A stretch of DNA of 64,000 nucleotides from Candidatus Nomurabacteria bacterium (lineage in GTDB: Bacteria; Patescibacteriota; Minisyncoccia; Phycocordibacterales; UBA9973): NCBI GenBank assembly GCA_021413905.1, contig JAIOPO010000005.1:146957-210956 (forward strand), read 5' to 3'. The notes under the pieces were generated by a model. The model did no database searches and was not told the DNA's origin. It saw only the letters and a program-made list of their open reading frames with translations. Position numbers and translations under genes: made by a program. Below are positions 36,278 to 46,270 of this stretch, piece by piece (positions within the stretch are counted from its first letter, which is position 1; each line of letters begins with the position of its first letter).

Positions 36278-37381
36278 ATGTATGATGATTTCATGGCAAA
36301 ATGTATCTATTGTCTTAAAGATGAAACTAAAACTACTTTCCAATCACGAGAGCATGTTTTGCCTGAGTTTTTAGGACTATATGATCCTCAAACGCCAGTT
36401 TTGAGAGACTGTGTTTGCGATTTATGTAACTCAATTTTTTCTAAATTGGAAACAAAATTTAGAGAGGATACCTTTGAAGGTATCCTAGGTCAAAGGTTAA
36501 ATTTTCAAAACCAAAACAGTATTACCGTTAGGAATAAAAATTTCAAGATCACACCCTTAAGTAAATTCCGGAATCAACTTTTTATGAGAACTTTTTTCTT
36601 ATTAAAAATAGAAAATGAAAAACTTGTTCCCGACTTAAGAGGTCACGTAACTTTAAAAATGAAAAATGGTGGATATAGAGTTTTTCTCTTGGAATCACTA
36701 TCAACACTTAAAAAAGAGTCTTCAAAATTTAATAAAATCAAGAAAGACATCACAAAATTAAGTAAAGAAGATATTTGGATTTTTGTTTCTAAGAAAGAAG
36801 CGTCAATCGAGCAAGTAAAAGATATTCTAAAAAACTATGGTGTAACATATAATGAAAAAGAAAGAGGTTCAGGAGATGATATCTCTGAAACTGTTGAAAT
36901 TGCGGAAAATTATGATGGTACAGTGGATAAGGACATTGTACGAGTAATTGCAAAAATTTGCTTCAATTACCTTTGTTATTGTGCAAGAGAAGACAATCAA
37001 CCTAACATATTATTTCATGAAAACTTTGACTCAATTCGTAGATTTATTTATAAAGGAGAAGGAAGACCACAAAGTTTTTTCAGTATTGATGAGAATCGTA
37101 TTCTTGGAGAAGAAAGTGGTAGTAATAAAAATTACCTAGGACATAGTATCTGTTTTGGTGAGGAGAATGGAAAACTATATTTTCGGATAACATTGTTTGG
37201 TTTTCAGCCCTATAAATTATTTTTAGGTGATATTCCACCAGAACTCAAACATCAATTATTTGGTTGTGCTCATATATTTGATCCATTAGGAAAGAAGATT
37301 CACAACATTGCTCAAAACAGACAACCTATAGCGCTAGATGCTTTAATGCTTTCGTTTGGACTTTTAAAACGTTTTCGTTAG
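36278..37381 (+). CDS. HNH endonuclease (HNH_5-like N-terminus)
   Basis: CIYC...SREHVLPEFLG...VCDLCNSIFS.LE. Confidence 0.82.
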   Translation: MYDDFMAKCIYCLKDETKTTFQSREHVLPEFLGLYDPQTPVLRDCVCDLCNSIFSKLETKFREDTFEGILGQRLNFQNQNSITVRNKNFKITPLSKFRNQLFMRTFFLLKIENEKLVPDLRGHVTLKMKNGGYRVFLLESLSTLKKESSKFNKIKKDITKLSKEDIWIFVSKKEASIEQVKDILKNYGVTYNEKERGSGDDISETVEIAENYDGTVDKDIVRVIAKICFNYLCYCAREDNQPNILFHENFDSIRRFIYKGEGRPQSFFSIDENRILGEESGSNKNYLGHSICFGEENGKLYFRITLFGFQPYKLFLGDIPPELKHQLFGCAHIFDPLGKKIHNIAQNRQPIALDALMLSFGLLKRFR

Positions 37382-37390
37382 AACTAAAAA

Positions 37391-37822
37391 ATGAATAAGA
37401 AAAACGTATACAAAGATAAGGACGGACGGGATATATTTCAAGTTAATACGATTTTTAATGTGCGTATTGAAAAAACATATTTACATCCCGAATATGATTT
37501 AACTGCTGACACAAATGAAATGACTGACACGGGACTTATGATTGTCTTCAAGCTTGAATCAAAAAACACCACTCTTCCATCATTTGTAGGACGATGGGAT
37601 CATAAACAAGGAGTACTCGATATAGATATATTCAAAGTTAGTAGAAAGATTGTAACCGACTTTCGTGCTGGTAAAAACAACTATGGTGGACATCACCCTT
37701 TACTAATTTCAGAAAGTCCTCGTTTGTTTGCAATAGATATAAATATACCTAAGGGGAAAATAATAGAAGGCGCAATGACTTTTAATATTGGTCACGGACA
37801 TGCTCCTATATTATTTAACTAG
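37391..37822 (+). CDS. Hypothetical protein
   Basis: 143-aa ORF 9 bp after the HNH gene. Confidence 0.65.
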   Translation: MNKKNVYKDKDGRDIFQVNTIFNVRIEKTYLHPEYDLTADTNEMTDTGLMIVFKLESKNTTLPSFVGRWDHKQGVLDIDIFKVSRKIVTDFRAGKNNYGGHHPLLISESPRLFAIDINIPKGKIIEGAMTFNIGHGHAPILFN

Positions 37823-39134
37823 TAAGACTAAGCTTCTTATTCGCCAAACATATCTTACTCTTCAAGCAACCCAACAACTCTCTTTTTTCAATATCAGATC
37901 CTTCTTTTAAAATAAATTTTGCGTATCCTTGTATATCTACATTTGAAACATTAATTTTTTCTTTGGTTCCTAGTAGGAATCTTTGAAATTTAGTAAATCT
38001 TTCGATATCGTTTTTTATCTTTTCTTTGACTTCAAACTCATTGATCGAAATGTCTTCGAGCAGTAATTCAAATTGTTTGATTAACTCTTTCTCTTCAGTA
38101 TAGCCACATTTACAATGTTCGCCTTTGGCTTTAGTACATCCGTAATAAACATAACGATGCACATTTCCATTTTGTTGCTTTTTAAACTTTTCGTCAGCTG
38201 TAATTCCTGATCCGCAAAGCCCACAAGTCATCATTTTTGTAAAAGCGAATTCTTTGTTTTCAACTCTTAACACATTACTTTTTATTTGCTCTTGAACTAA
38301 ATCAAACAATTCTTTTGTAATTAACGGTTCATGTTTTCCTGTATACCAATTACCTGATTTTTTTGGATATTCAAAAACTCCGTAATAGAAAGGATTATCC
38401 AGTATCTTGTAGAGATTACCTAAACTTAAATGTTTTTTACCTACAGCTGTTCTGAAATTTAAATCAAATCTTAGCCAATTGTATATTTTTCTCCCACTAC
38501 ATTTTTCATATGCAACTTTTTCAAACATCTTTTTAATAGTTGACGCTCTTTCAGGATCAATTAACACCTCGCATTTTCTATCTGTCATTTTTTGATTTAA
38601 ATAACCAGTAGGAGCTACTCCAGGTCTTAGCCCCATTTCGGCTCTCGTTCGTAATCCTCTTTTTACATTTACACTTTTATTATCGTTTTCTAGTTTTGCT
38701 TGCGAACACAAAATCATTAAAAGAAATTTTTCATTTGGTGAATTCTTAAAATGTTGCCCATAAGTTCTAATTTCTAAAAGAAATTGCTGATCCATTAAAT
38801 CTACAATACTTCCTAAGTCACCAGCATTTCTACTTAATCTGTCGGGTGCCCAAGTTAGAATTCCATTAAACCTACCATGTCGCACATCTTCTAATATTTC
38901 TTTATATACAGGTCTTTGTCCTGACTCTTTGGCTGAATGTGATTCTCTTCTGATTTCAACAACATCGAGACCTTCTTTTTCAGCTAAACTAAGCATTTCT
39001 TTAACTTGCGAATCAATAGATAAAACTTGACGTTCTTCTGATTCAGTCGATTTTCTAGCATACAGTACGTATTTAATTTTTTGTATTGGTGCAAGAATTT
39101 CTTTTCCAATACGTGCTGACATATATGTTTCCAT
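37815..39134 (-). CDS. Large serine recombinase, E2
   Basis: YVLYARKSTESEERQ, DRLSRN, CGLCG...YYGC. Confidence 0.93.
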   Translation of the reverse strand: METYMSARIGKEILAPIQKIKYVLYARKSTESEERQVLSIDSQVKEMLSLAEKEGLDVVEIRRESHSAKESGQRPVYKEILEDVRHGRFNGILTWAPDRLSRNAGDLGSIVDLMDQQFLLEIRTYGQHFKNSPNEKFLLMILCSQAKLENDNKSVNVKRGLRTRAEMGLRPGVAPTGYLNQKMTDRKCEVLIDPERASTIKKMFEKVAYEKCSGRKIYNWLRFDLNFRTAVGKKHLSLGNLYKILDNPFYYGVFEYPKKSGNWYTGKHEPLITKELFDLVQEQIKSNVLRVENKEFAFTKMMTCGLCGSGITADEKFKKQQNGNVHRYVYYGCTKAKGEHCKCGYTEEKELIKQFELLLEDISINEFEVKEKIKNDIERFTKFQRFLLGTKEKINVSNVDIQGYAKFILKEGSDIEKRELLGCLKSKICLANKKLSLTS

Positions 39135-39188
39135 ACATATATTAATGACAGAAAAAGAGCCTTTTGCTAAGGATTAATCATTGGCAAC

Positions 39189-39199
39189 GTGTTGGTAAC
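39189..39199. repeat. GTGTTGGTAAC site, single (empty) configuration
   Basis: 55 bp from the recombinase start and 87 bp from RNA copy C, with no insert between. Confidence 0.85.
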
Positions 39200-39285
39200 T
39201 TCGCTTAACAAAAATAGTTATATGCGATAGGATTGATGGATTAATACAGACATATGCTGTATTATGTATATATAATTTAATAACC

Positions 39286-39461
39286 GACCTAACCCCTAAA
39301 AGCCTTTGGTTTATAGGATATGGTCAAAATCCTTCCCAGTAAAAAACTCCTCGTCAGAGTTACCTGGGAAGGTCGTATCTGGAAACAGATACGGATCACC
39401 GAAAGGTGGTCGCTGACGGGGAGCTTTTTGTTTCTCGTCAAATTAAAACCTTCCCAGTTTT
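39286..39461 (+). ncRNA. Conserved structured leader RNA motif, copy C
   Basis: GACCTAACCC..GATATGGTC; X=CCTTCCCAG at 39331 and 39449, antiX at 39364; CGTATCTG-GAAA-CAGATACG; CACC-GAAA-GGTG. Confidence 0.8.
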
Positions 39462-40427
39462 ATGAAAAATAAAATATGTTTTCTCTCGTTTTTGTTTTTA
39501 GGATTATTAATGCTGTTTTCGACAGCAAGTGCTGATGTTTCATTTAATAAGAATTTATCTTATGGAATGAAGAACAATCCTGATGTTGCAAGATTACAAA
39601 CTTTTTTACAACAGCAAGGATATTATAATGGTCCTGTTTCAGGAAATTACTTTACTCTTACTCAACAAGCGGTAAGAAGTTTTCAGGTAAAAAATAATAT
39701 AAGTCCAGCAAGTGGATATTTTGGGACAATGACTAGAGGTGTAGTTAATTCTATTACTGCAAAAAGTGACTCGGTAAGTTCAATACTTCCTAGTGGATGC
39801 ACTTCAACTTCAATATATAGCATAACAACAGGAGAATCTTGTGTTTCCTTGAATTCGTTATCAGATGCTGCTAAAAAAGCTAAAGAGATTGTTGAAAAAA
39901 CACATCCTGTAGGCGAAACAACAGAACAAGCAAAAGCTAAACTTAACCAGATGTTCAATGATGCTAATAACCAAAGCACCACAGCTCCAATAGATTATGG
40001 TACTTTTTCAAGAGTACAGTTAAGTCAGTATGCTAATAATCCATCAGTATACAAAAGTCAGAAAATAGAAGTTGTTGGAAGTGTTGTATCGTTTCTCCCA
40101 AAGGGTGGTAGTGGTGGAACAACTAATTATATAAACCTTCTAGATCCCATATCTAATGTTCAAGTAATGGCTGAAGTTAAAAGTTCTATTGATTACACTA
40201 TATTGGTTAATAAAGTAAAATCGGGAGATACTTTCAGAGCATACGGAATTGGAACTGCAAGTGGCAACTTTACTAATAAGTATGGATCCACGGTGGTTAT
40301 TTCTGTGTTTCAACTTTTAGCTGCTGATAGTTGTGATTTTGGTTCTTCTGTAACTAATCTTACTTCTGATTCTAGTCCATATGGATGGACATGTAGTGGT
40401 ACAATGCAACATGTGATACCACAATAA
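39462..40427 (+). CDS. Secreted peptidoglycan-binding domain protein
   Basis: Signal peptide; DVARLQTFL...GNYFTLTQQAVRSFQ...GYFGTMTR; C-terminal OB-like region. Confidence 0.82.
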   Translation: MKNKICFLSFLFLGLLMLFSTASADVSFNKNLSYGMKNNPDVARLQTFLQQQGYYNGPVSGNYFTLTQQAVRSFQVKNNISPASGYFGTMTRGVVNSITAKSDSVSSILPSGCTSTSIYSITTGESCVSLNSLSDAAKKAKEIVEKTHPVGETTEQAKAKLNQMFNDANNQSTTAPIDYGTFSRVQLSQYANNPSVYKSQKIEVVGSVVSFLPKGGSGGTTNYINLLDPISNVQVMAEVKSSIDYTILVNKVKSGDTFRAYGIGTASGNFTNKYGSTVVISVFQLLAADSCDFGSSVTNLTSDSSPYGWTCSGTMQHVIPQ

Positions 40428-40448
40428 AGCTATTAAGTAATAAATATG

Positions 40449-42047
40449 CTATCTTTTTCTCATCATCCTCATAAAATTCCGACGTTCATATTCACTTTCT
40501 AACATTAGAGCTACATCTACTTTCTTTTCTTCCTCTTTTCTCACTTCAGGATCCTGTATATCAGAAGCTTTAGGTATTGGTATGGAAGAAGGTATAACCA
40601 AACGATTCGGGTCTCTTTCTGCATCCATAACTGTATGCATTAGCATTGATAAAGCATCCAAGAGATCGTCATATTTTTCATAACCAAATCCATATATTTG
40701 GTTTTCTAATATAGGTATACCTTCTTTTGGAAATAATACTTTTCCTTCCAAAAAATAATTTGTAGTAGCCCTTAATCGTTCAGCCTTATCTTTTGAACCT
40801 GGATTATAAGGAATAACATCTATCCCTTTATCTTTGGCTTGTTGATGTATATAACCTTGCGCGCCAACTTTTTCAACAACCACCTTAGGTGTTAAATTAA
40901 CTGATTTGAAATAATTAACTTCATTTTCAATAAACTTAATTATCTGAGGAAATTCTATTCTTTTATTGAATATCTTAGGTCTGATATAGATTTTTATTTT
41001 ATCCTGATATCCAAAAACATCAGCATAAACTCCAGCAGTAAAATCATTTTTATTACTAGTACCCGTCGCAGGATCAATAGACATAATGGTAAAACGATAA
41101 TCGTTAGCATAATCTAGCGCCGGAATTTTGTCATATCTTTTAATTAATTCATTCCTAATAATCTGCGACTCCTCATTAATTGGATTCAACATAAACTCTC
41201 TTTGCCATGCATTTTCATCATTCATGACCTTAGTTCTTTTTTCCTGATCAATCAATTCTTGAGAATGAAACTTCTCTTTCCATAAAGGAATACCTTTATC
41301 ACCAAAGAAAGGAAATCTTACTGCTTTACCAAATATTTTATTATCCGCAATATCATTGCAAACCCTTATCAACACAGAATCTTGATGAAGTGGCGTACCA
41401 ACTAAAACCATTCTGGCATTTTGATCTCCTGCGGGCAAAACATCTCGCGTTAACCACCGATACATATTATCTCTTTTTTCTTGACTGTCGACTGTTTTAT
41501 CAGTTTCAATATCGTCTAAGATAAATAGTTGTGGTCGGTACTGATTGTATTTAGTACCGCGAATACTTTGTTCTGTTGATCCAATGCCAATTTTTGCTTC
41601 ATACTGAGGCAATATTAATGCTTCTGCGCCCCATTGTCCTTGTATTTCTTTAAAGGGTCCCATATCAGCTTTTAATCTAGAATTATTTTCAAGTTGAAAT
41701 TTAATATCCTGTAATTTTTCTCTAGCCTGTGAATTCGTTCCACCTAAAATCATTACATATTTTTTATTTTGACAACCTAAAATAGACCATATGACATAGC
41801 TCATAGTAATAATTGTTGTTTTTCCACTTCCACGGAATGCCATTATGACTAAATTAGTAAAATTGCTTTCGGTTAGATGAATTATTGATCTATGGAAATC
41901 AGCTGTCGGGTGTGATATGTATTCACTGAAGTAATAATGAAAAAACCAAAAATGACTTTTCTTTACTAATTCTAATCTAAATGCTCTATCATTGATCATT
42001 CTATCAATGATCTTTTTGTATTCCTTTTTAGTTATTTTCTTTTTCAT
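40449..42047 (-). CDS. Phage terminase large subunit-like, E2
   Basis: AFRGSGKTT, FILDDIE, SIDPA, YDDLLDA. Confidence 0.88.
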   Translation of the reverse strand: MKKKITKKEYKKIIDRMINDRAFRLELVKKSHFWFFHYYFSEYISHPTADFHRSIIHLTESNFTNLVIMAFRGSGKTTIITMSYVIWSILGCQNKKYVMILGGTNSQAREKLQDIKFQLENNSRLKADMGPFKEIQGQWGAEALILPQYEAKIGIGSTEQSIRGTKYNQYRPQLFILDDIETDKTVDSQEKRDNMYRWLTRDVLPAGDQNARMVLVGTPLHQDSVLIRVCNDIADNKIFGKAVRFPFFGDKGIPLWKEKFHSQELIDQEKRTKVMNDENAWQREFMLNPINEESQIIRNELIKRYDKIPALDYANDYRFTIMSIDPATGTSNKNDFTAGVYADVFGYQDKIKIYIRPKIFNKRIEFPQIIKFIENEVNYFKSVNLTPKVVVEKVGAQGYIHQQAKDKGIDVIPYNPGSKDKAERLRATTNYFLEGKVLFPKEGIPILENQIYGFGYEKYDDLLDALSMLMHTVMDAERDPNRLVIPSSIPIPKASDIQDPEVRKEEEKKVDVALMLESEYERRNFMRMMRKR

Positions 42048-42423
42048 TTTGAGGTAAAGCTAATAGTAATGCTTGTCGAACAAGTTTTTCTTGTTCGACA
42101 TTAAGTACAGGACTTTCATTTATTATTTTTCCGCTAACTTCGACACGTTCACGAAATTTAGGATTTCTATGTTTTAACCAAAATGAAATCGCTGACCAAT
42201 TCTTTTCACGAATAAGAACAAGTAATTGATTCTCACTCATGTCATTAACCAAGTCTTCACCTTCTTGCAAAGCTATTTCCATTTCCTTTCTAAAAACCTC
42301 ATCTTCTTTCCGCCAGCGATATACTGTATTTCTTGAAAGTCCGATCTGCTCACAAGAAACCTGAATTATTGGAATTTTTTTAAGTTTTTCCAAAAACTCG
42401 TCTTTCTTCCTAGTTTTTTTCAT
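42028..42423 (-). CDS. Terminase small subunit-like HTH protein, E2
   Basis: CEQIGLSRNTVYRW; homologous to 32166-32591. Confidence 0.75.
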   Translation of the reverse strand: MKKTRKKDEFLEKLKKIPIIQVSCEQIGLSRNTVYRWRKEDEVFRKEMEIALQEGEDLVNDMSENQLLVLIREKNWSAISFWLKHRNPKFRERVEVSGKIINESPVLNVEQEKLVRQALLLALPQNEKENN

Positions 42424-43690
42424 AGAATTTTTTTATTATCTTAGCTTTTCGACCAGTCAATTTTTCATATCTCCGTATTGCAAGGTCACAAAAAATTGGC
42501 TCAATTTCAAGTGAGTATACTTTGCGCCCCAATTGTTCGGCGCAGATCATCGTACTTGCAGATCCGGAGAAAGCATCAAAGATAATATCACCTGGCTTTG
42601 TGCAGCGCATAATAAACTTATGGTGCAATTCAGGATTCTTGCTCGTCGGGTGCTCCATTTGATTCGATGGAAGTCTTTTGGTCGCCCAAAGATTCGATAT
42701 GTCTTCAAGGAGTTGGTTGCCCGTGCCTAAATCTTTGTTTTGAATCTCATTTAGATTTTTCTGTAAGTCAGACAAATACGGTGAGCCTTTTGTGCCGTAA
42801 ACACAAAACTCTGTGCATTTATTAAATGCAACAGTAGGGGTCGGAGAAGAATTATTTTTTACCCAAACATTTAATCTTCTATTTTTAATCCCGAGTTCCA
42901 TATACAGAGTTTGGAAAACCCAAACCCATGCTTCGTCTGACCAAAATGCTACATGGATATCTTCGATTGAAACAGCGAGAGAAGACTGTAGTACTTTTCG
43001 GATAAACTCAACATATTCTTTAGGTGGTTGATTGTCGTCAAAAGAACCGCCGTAGTTGCTTTTATTGCCAACTCCTTTGTCATATGAAAGCCCGATATTA
43101 AAAGGTGGATCATTGTATATAGCTGTCGCCCTGTGTTCGCCGAATAATTTTTGCACAGCATGTATATCCGTAGAACTGGCGCAGAGCAATTTGTGATCTC
43201 CCATAACTATGAGATCACCCTTTTGCACGACAGGCTTCTTTATCTTTTTTAATTCTTTCGATACATCAAACTTGTCGTCTTTTGTATCCCTGTCTTCGTC
43301 CCAAGACTTTGCCAATTCTATTTGGTCAAATCCAATATCAGTCAGCAAATCTATTTCAAACGATTTTAACTTCTCAACTTGCCACTCCCCGTCATTTATA
43401 TTGGATTCTAAACCTATTTTTATTCTTTCTTCTTTTGTAAGTTTCCGATTTGGAACAAGTATATTAACTTCCTTAATACCAAGTTTCGTAAGAGCAGTTT
43501 TTCTTTGATTACCTGAAAGAATTGTATTGTCTGTGTCTATTACAATTGAAGCGTGAAATCCTCTTTGGTTAATTCTTTCCGTTAACTTTTCCAAGTCTTC
43601 CTTGCTAATTTTACGCGGATTTTCTTTCCACGTTAATAAATCTTTTACTTTTCTAACTTCTGCGCTCCAAAATAATTTGGATTTATTCAT
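42410..43690 (-). CDS. ParB-N + DNA methyltransferase fusion, E2
   Basis: WKENPR, ILSGNQR, NDPPFN, HPTSK, FDAFSGSAS. Confidence 0.88.
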   Translation of the reverse strand: MNKSKLFWSAEVRKVKDLLTWKENPRKISKEDLEKLTERINQRGFHASIVIDTDNTILSGNQRKTALTKLGIKEVNILVPNRKLTKEERIKIGLESNINDGEWQVEKLKSFEIDLLTDIGFDQIELAKSWDEDRDTKDDKFDVSKELKKIKKPVVQKGDLIVMGDHKLLCASSTDIHAVQKLFGEHRATAIYNDPPFNIGLSYDKGVGNKSNYGGSFDDNQPPKEYVEFIRKVLQSSLAVSIEDIHVAFWSDEAWVWVFQTLYMELGIKNRRLNVWVKNNSSPTPTVAFNKCTEFCVYGTKGSPYLSDLQKNLNEIQNKDLGTGNQLLEDISNLWATKRLPSNQMEHPTSKNPELHHKFIMRCTKPGDIIFDAFSGSASTMICAEQLGRKVYSLEIEPIFCDLAIRRYEKLTGRKAKIIKKFYEKN

Positions 43691-44136
43691 AATGCTTAAA
43701 TAATTAAACTTTTAATACAAGAAAAACCAAGATTACTCTCAGCTCTAACTTTTAAAAGATAAACTTCAAAAAGCTAGAGCTCAACGGCTAAATAATTGTT
43801 GATCTCCACCTTTTTAGAGTTCATCCGATGTGAGCTTGTAGGGATTACTCCCTAGTCTCCAACACACACCAGCACTTACCTAAATAAATGGGGTATTAAA
43901 TTTTTCTTGAGGTTAAAAGAATTTCGACTAAAAAATTATTTTAACCCATATACATTATACTAGCTTTTTTATTTTTTTATCTTTTTTTGAATTAACAAAA
44001 AATCCTTTGTTTACAAGGGTTATATATTAGCAAAGTCCTTAAAAAATATTATGCAATATAATTTTACGTCTTGTAATGGGTAAATTGAGTTATTAACTTG
44101 CGCTAAACATATAATGCTGTGTATACTAGTTATACT

Positions 44137-44754
44137 ATGATAAATAACCTGAGTGATAAAGACAAGAGAGCCTTTGCCCTTATCCGCAACAAGGTTATAC
44201 ATTATGGTAAAAGTCCTACCCTTCGTCAGATCAATGAAGTTACGGGTGGAAAGTCCCCACGCTCTGCAAGCCTTGTAATTGATAGACTTGTATTGTCTGG
44301 TCTTATAAAAAAGAATGGAAGAGATATGATGCTTGCAAATACTTACCAAGAAAGCTCTGTAAGTACAATAGATGTACCATTGGTTGGATCTGTTTCGTGT
44401 GGAGTACCAGTTTTTGCAGAAGAAAATATACAAACCTATATTCCTGTTTCAGTAAAACTTGCGAAAAAAGGTTCAGAGTATTTTTTTCTCCGAGCATTTG
44501 GTGATTCAATGAATGAGGCAGGAATAAATAGCGGTGATTTACTTCTTATAAGACAACAAGACACGGCAGAGAGTGGAGATAAGGTTGTTGCGCTCATTAA
44601 TGATGAAGCAACGGTAAAGATTTTTGAAAAGACTCGTGATGCTATTATTCTACGACCAAAATCAAATAATAAAATTCACAAGCCTATTATATTAACAACT
44701 AACTGCATGATCCAAGGAGTAGTCGTTGCGGTGCTTCCAGAGGATCTGTGCTAA
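44137..44754 (+). CDS. lexA: LexA-family repressor
   Basis: SPTLRQI HTH, VGSVSCGVP cleavage site, GDSM (Ser) and ATVK (Lys) dyad. Confidence 0.9.
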   Translation: MINNLSDKDKRAFALIRNKVIHYGKSPTLRQINEVTGGKSPRSASLVIDRLVLSGLIKKNGRDMMLANTYQESSVSTIDVPLVGSVSCGVPVFAEENIQTYIPVSVKLAKKGSEYFFLRAFGDSMNEAGINSGDLLLIRQQDTAESGDKVVALINDEATVKIFEKTRDAIILRPKSNNKIHKPIILTTNCMIQGVVVAVLPEDLC

Positions 44755-44759
44755 AAAAT

Positions 44760-44969
44760 ATGGCAAAATCAGTAGTAGTAACAAATGAATCAGAGTCTGG
44801 AAGAAATCAGAATTTTCATGACAACAAATCAGGAAAAGATATGACACGAGCTGGGTTCGTAAAAGAAATTGAACAAGGTAATTACGATGATTATCATGTA
44901 CGTATGGTCAACGGTGTAAAAACACCCGTGTCGAACCCTGACGGTAAAGAAGGTAACAATTTGGATTAA
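44760..44969 (+). CDS. DUF3892-like small protein
   Basis: TR..FV..IE.G...V...SNPDG...NNLD signature. Confidence 0.65.
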   Translation: MAKSVVVTNESESGRNQNFHDNKSGKDMTRAGFVKEIEQGNYDDYHVRMVNGVKTPVSNPDGKEGNNLD

Positions 44970-44974
44970 ATTTT

Positions 44975-45793
44975 ATGGCAGATATTGATTCATACATAGA
45001 AGACCTTAAGAAAAAATCGGAAGAAAGATTTGAGCAATTTAAAATTGTAGACATCAGTAGCATTAAAGAAATATCGAACGATGCCTATCTAGAGAAACCA
45101 ACATGGCTTGGTGGTGATAAAAAGTTTGTATGTTTATTTATTGATCTTGATAAGTCATCCAAGATATCATTCAAAAAACATCCAAAGACGATGGCTAAAA
45201 TATATGATTATTTTACACAGAACATTGTTGATATATTAAATCACCCGACATTCGGAGCCGATTATATTGATATCAAAGGAGACGGAGCATTCGGTATTTT
45301 TGAAGGCGATAAGGCTTCTTACAAAGCACTATACTGTGCTATTACTTTTAAAACCCTATTCGAGCAATCGATTCGAGATAAGTTTAGCGACGAAGAAGAT
45401 CAATTGAGTTGTAAATTTGGAATACATAAAGACAAACTCCTTGTGAGAAAAATAGGAAAGCGAGGACATGGTAATTACAACGAAGTTTGGGCAGGTAGAT
45501 TAGTTAATAACGCTGCGAAGCTAGCAAACCAGGCAAAAGACATCCCTCAAGATATTGCTTATCCTCTCTCACTCCCTATTCTTATATCTGAACAAGTTCA
45601 TAGCGACTTTGAGAAAAATAAAGAGTTCGGATTTTATCACTGCTGTACTGGTAATGGTCAACCTCTGCCAAATCAAATAGAAATGTTCAAAGAGGTCAAT
45701 GATTTTTCTGATGAGACATTGGGTGATAAGTTTTATTACACAAGAGTGATTTGGTGTAAAAATTGCGCTGATAATTACATTAACCTTATCTAG
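44975..45793 (+). CDS. Class III nucleotide cyclase (Pycsar PycC-like) 1
   Basis: LFIDLDKSS, KGDGAFGIF, FGIH, NEVWAGRLVNNAAKL. Confidence 0.82.
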   Translation: MADIDSYIEDLKKKSEERFEQFKIVDISSIKEISNDAYLEKPTWLGGDKKFVCLFIDLDKSSKISFKKHPKTMAKIYDYFTQNIVDILNHPTFGADYIDIKGDGAFGIFEGDKASYKALYCAITFKTLFEQSIRDKFSDEEDQLSCKFGIHKDKLLVRKIGKRGHGNYNEVWAGRLVNNAAKLANQAKDIPQDIAYPLSLPILISEQVHSDFEKNKEFGFYHCCTGNGQPLPNQIEMFKEVNDFSDETLGDKFYYTRVIWCKNCADNYINLI

Positions 45794-45795
45794 AT

Positions 45796-46269
45796 ATGGA
45801 AAACCTAAAATACACCTTCGGACAAGTAAATGATTGGATTAAAACGGCGGATCAAAAAGCCATGATCTTAGGGTCATTTAATATCGCTGGTTTTATATAT
45901 CAACTTGTGAATCTCGACAAATTGGTGTGTGGAAGTATTTATACACTAATATTGTCTATAGTATCAATCGCCGCCACGTTGGTTACTCTATATTTCTGGC
46001 TTAGGATTATCTATCCAAAACTTGATAATAAACACAAGAAGTCCAAAATTTACTTTCAACATATCGCAAACGCCTACGAAAATGATATCGCTTCAGGGAT
46101 AGATGATTTACAAAAGATAGATGATGAGGAATATAAAAAAGATTTGGCTAGCCAGATTGTAATAAATTCAATCATTGCAAAGAAGAAATATGCTTCTATT
46201 CAAAAATTTATTTGGGCTTTTGGAGTTCAGTTAGTCACTCTACTTTTACTGCTAATTAGCCTGATCTAA
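45796..46269 (+). CDS. Pycsar transmembrane effector (PycTM/DUF5706-like)
   Basis: VNDWIKTADQKA, TM pair, IYPKL...IYFQHIA, QIVINSIIAKKKY, C-terminal TM. Confidence 0.85.
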   Translation: MENLKYTFGQVNDWIKTADQKAMILGSFNIAGFIYQLVNLDKLVCGSIYTLILSIVSIAATLVTLYFWLRIIYPKLDNKHKKSKIYFQHIANAYENDIASGIDDLQKIDDEEYKKDLASQIVINSIIAKKKYASIQKFIWAFGVQLVTLLLLLISLI

Positions 46270-46270
46270 G

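Noticed and set aside
16099-36285. Numerous short antisense or overlapping ORFs in the track (e.g. 21142-21966, 25639-26124, 31123-31509, 32809-33291)
   Set aside because: They are shadows of well-supported genes in GC-richer DNA and have no motifs.
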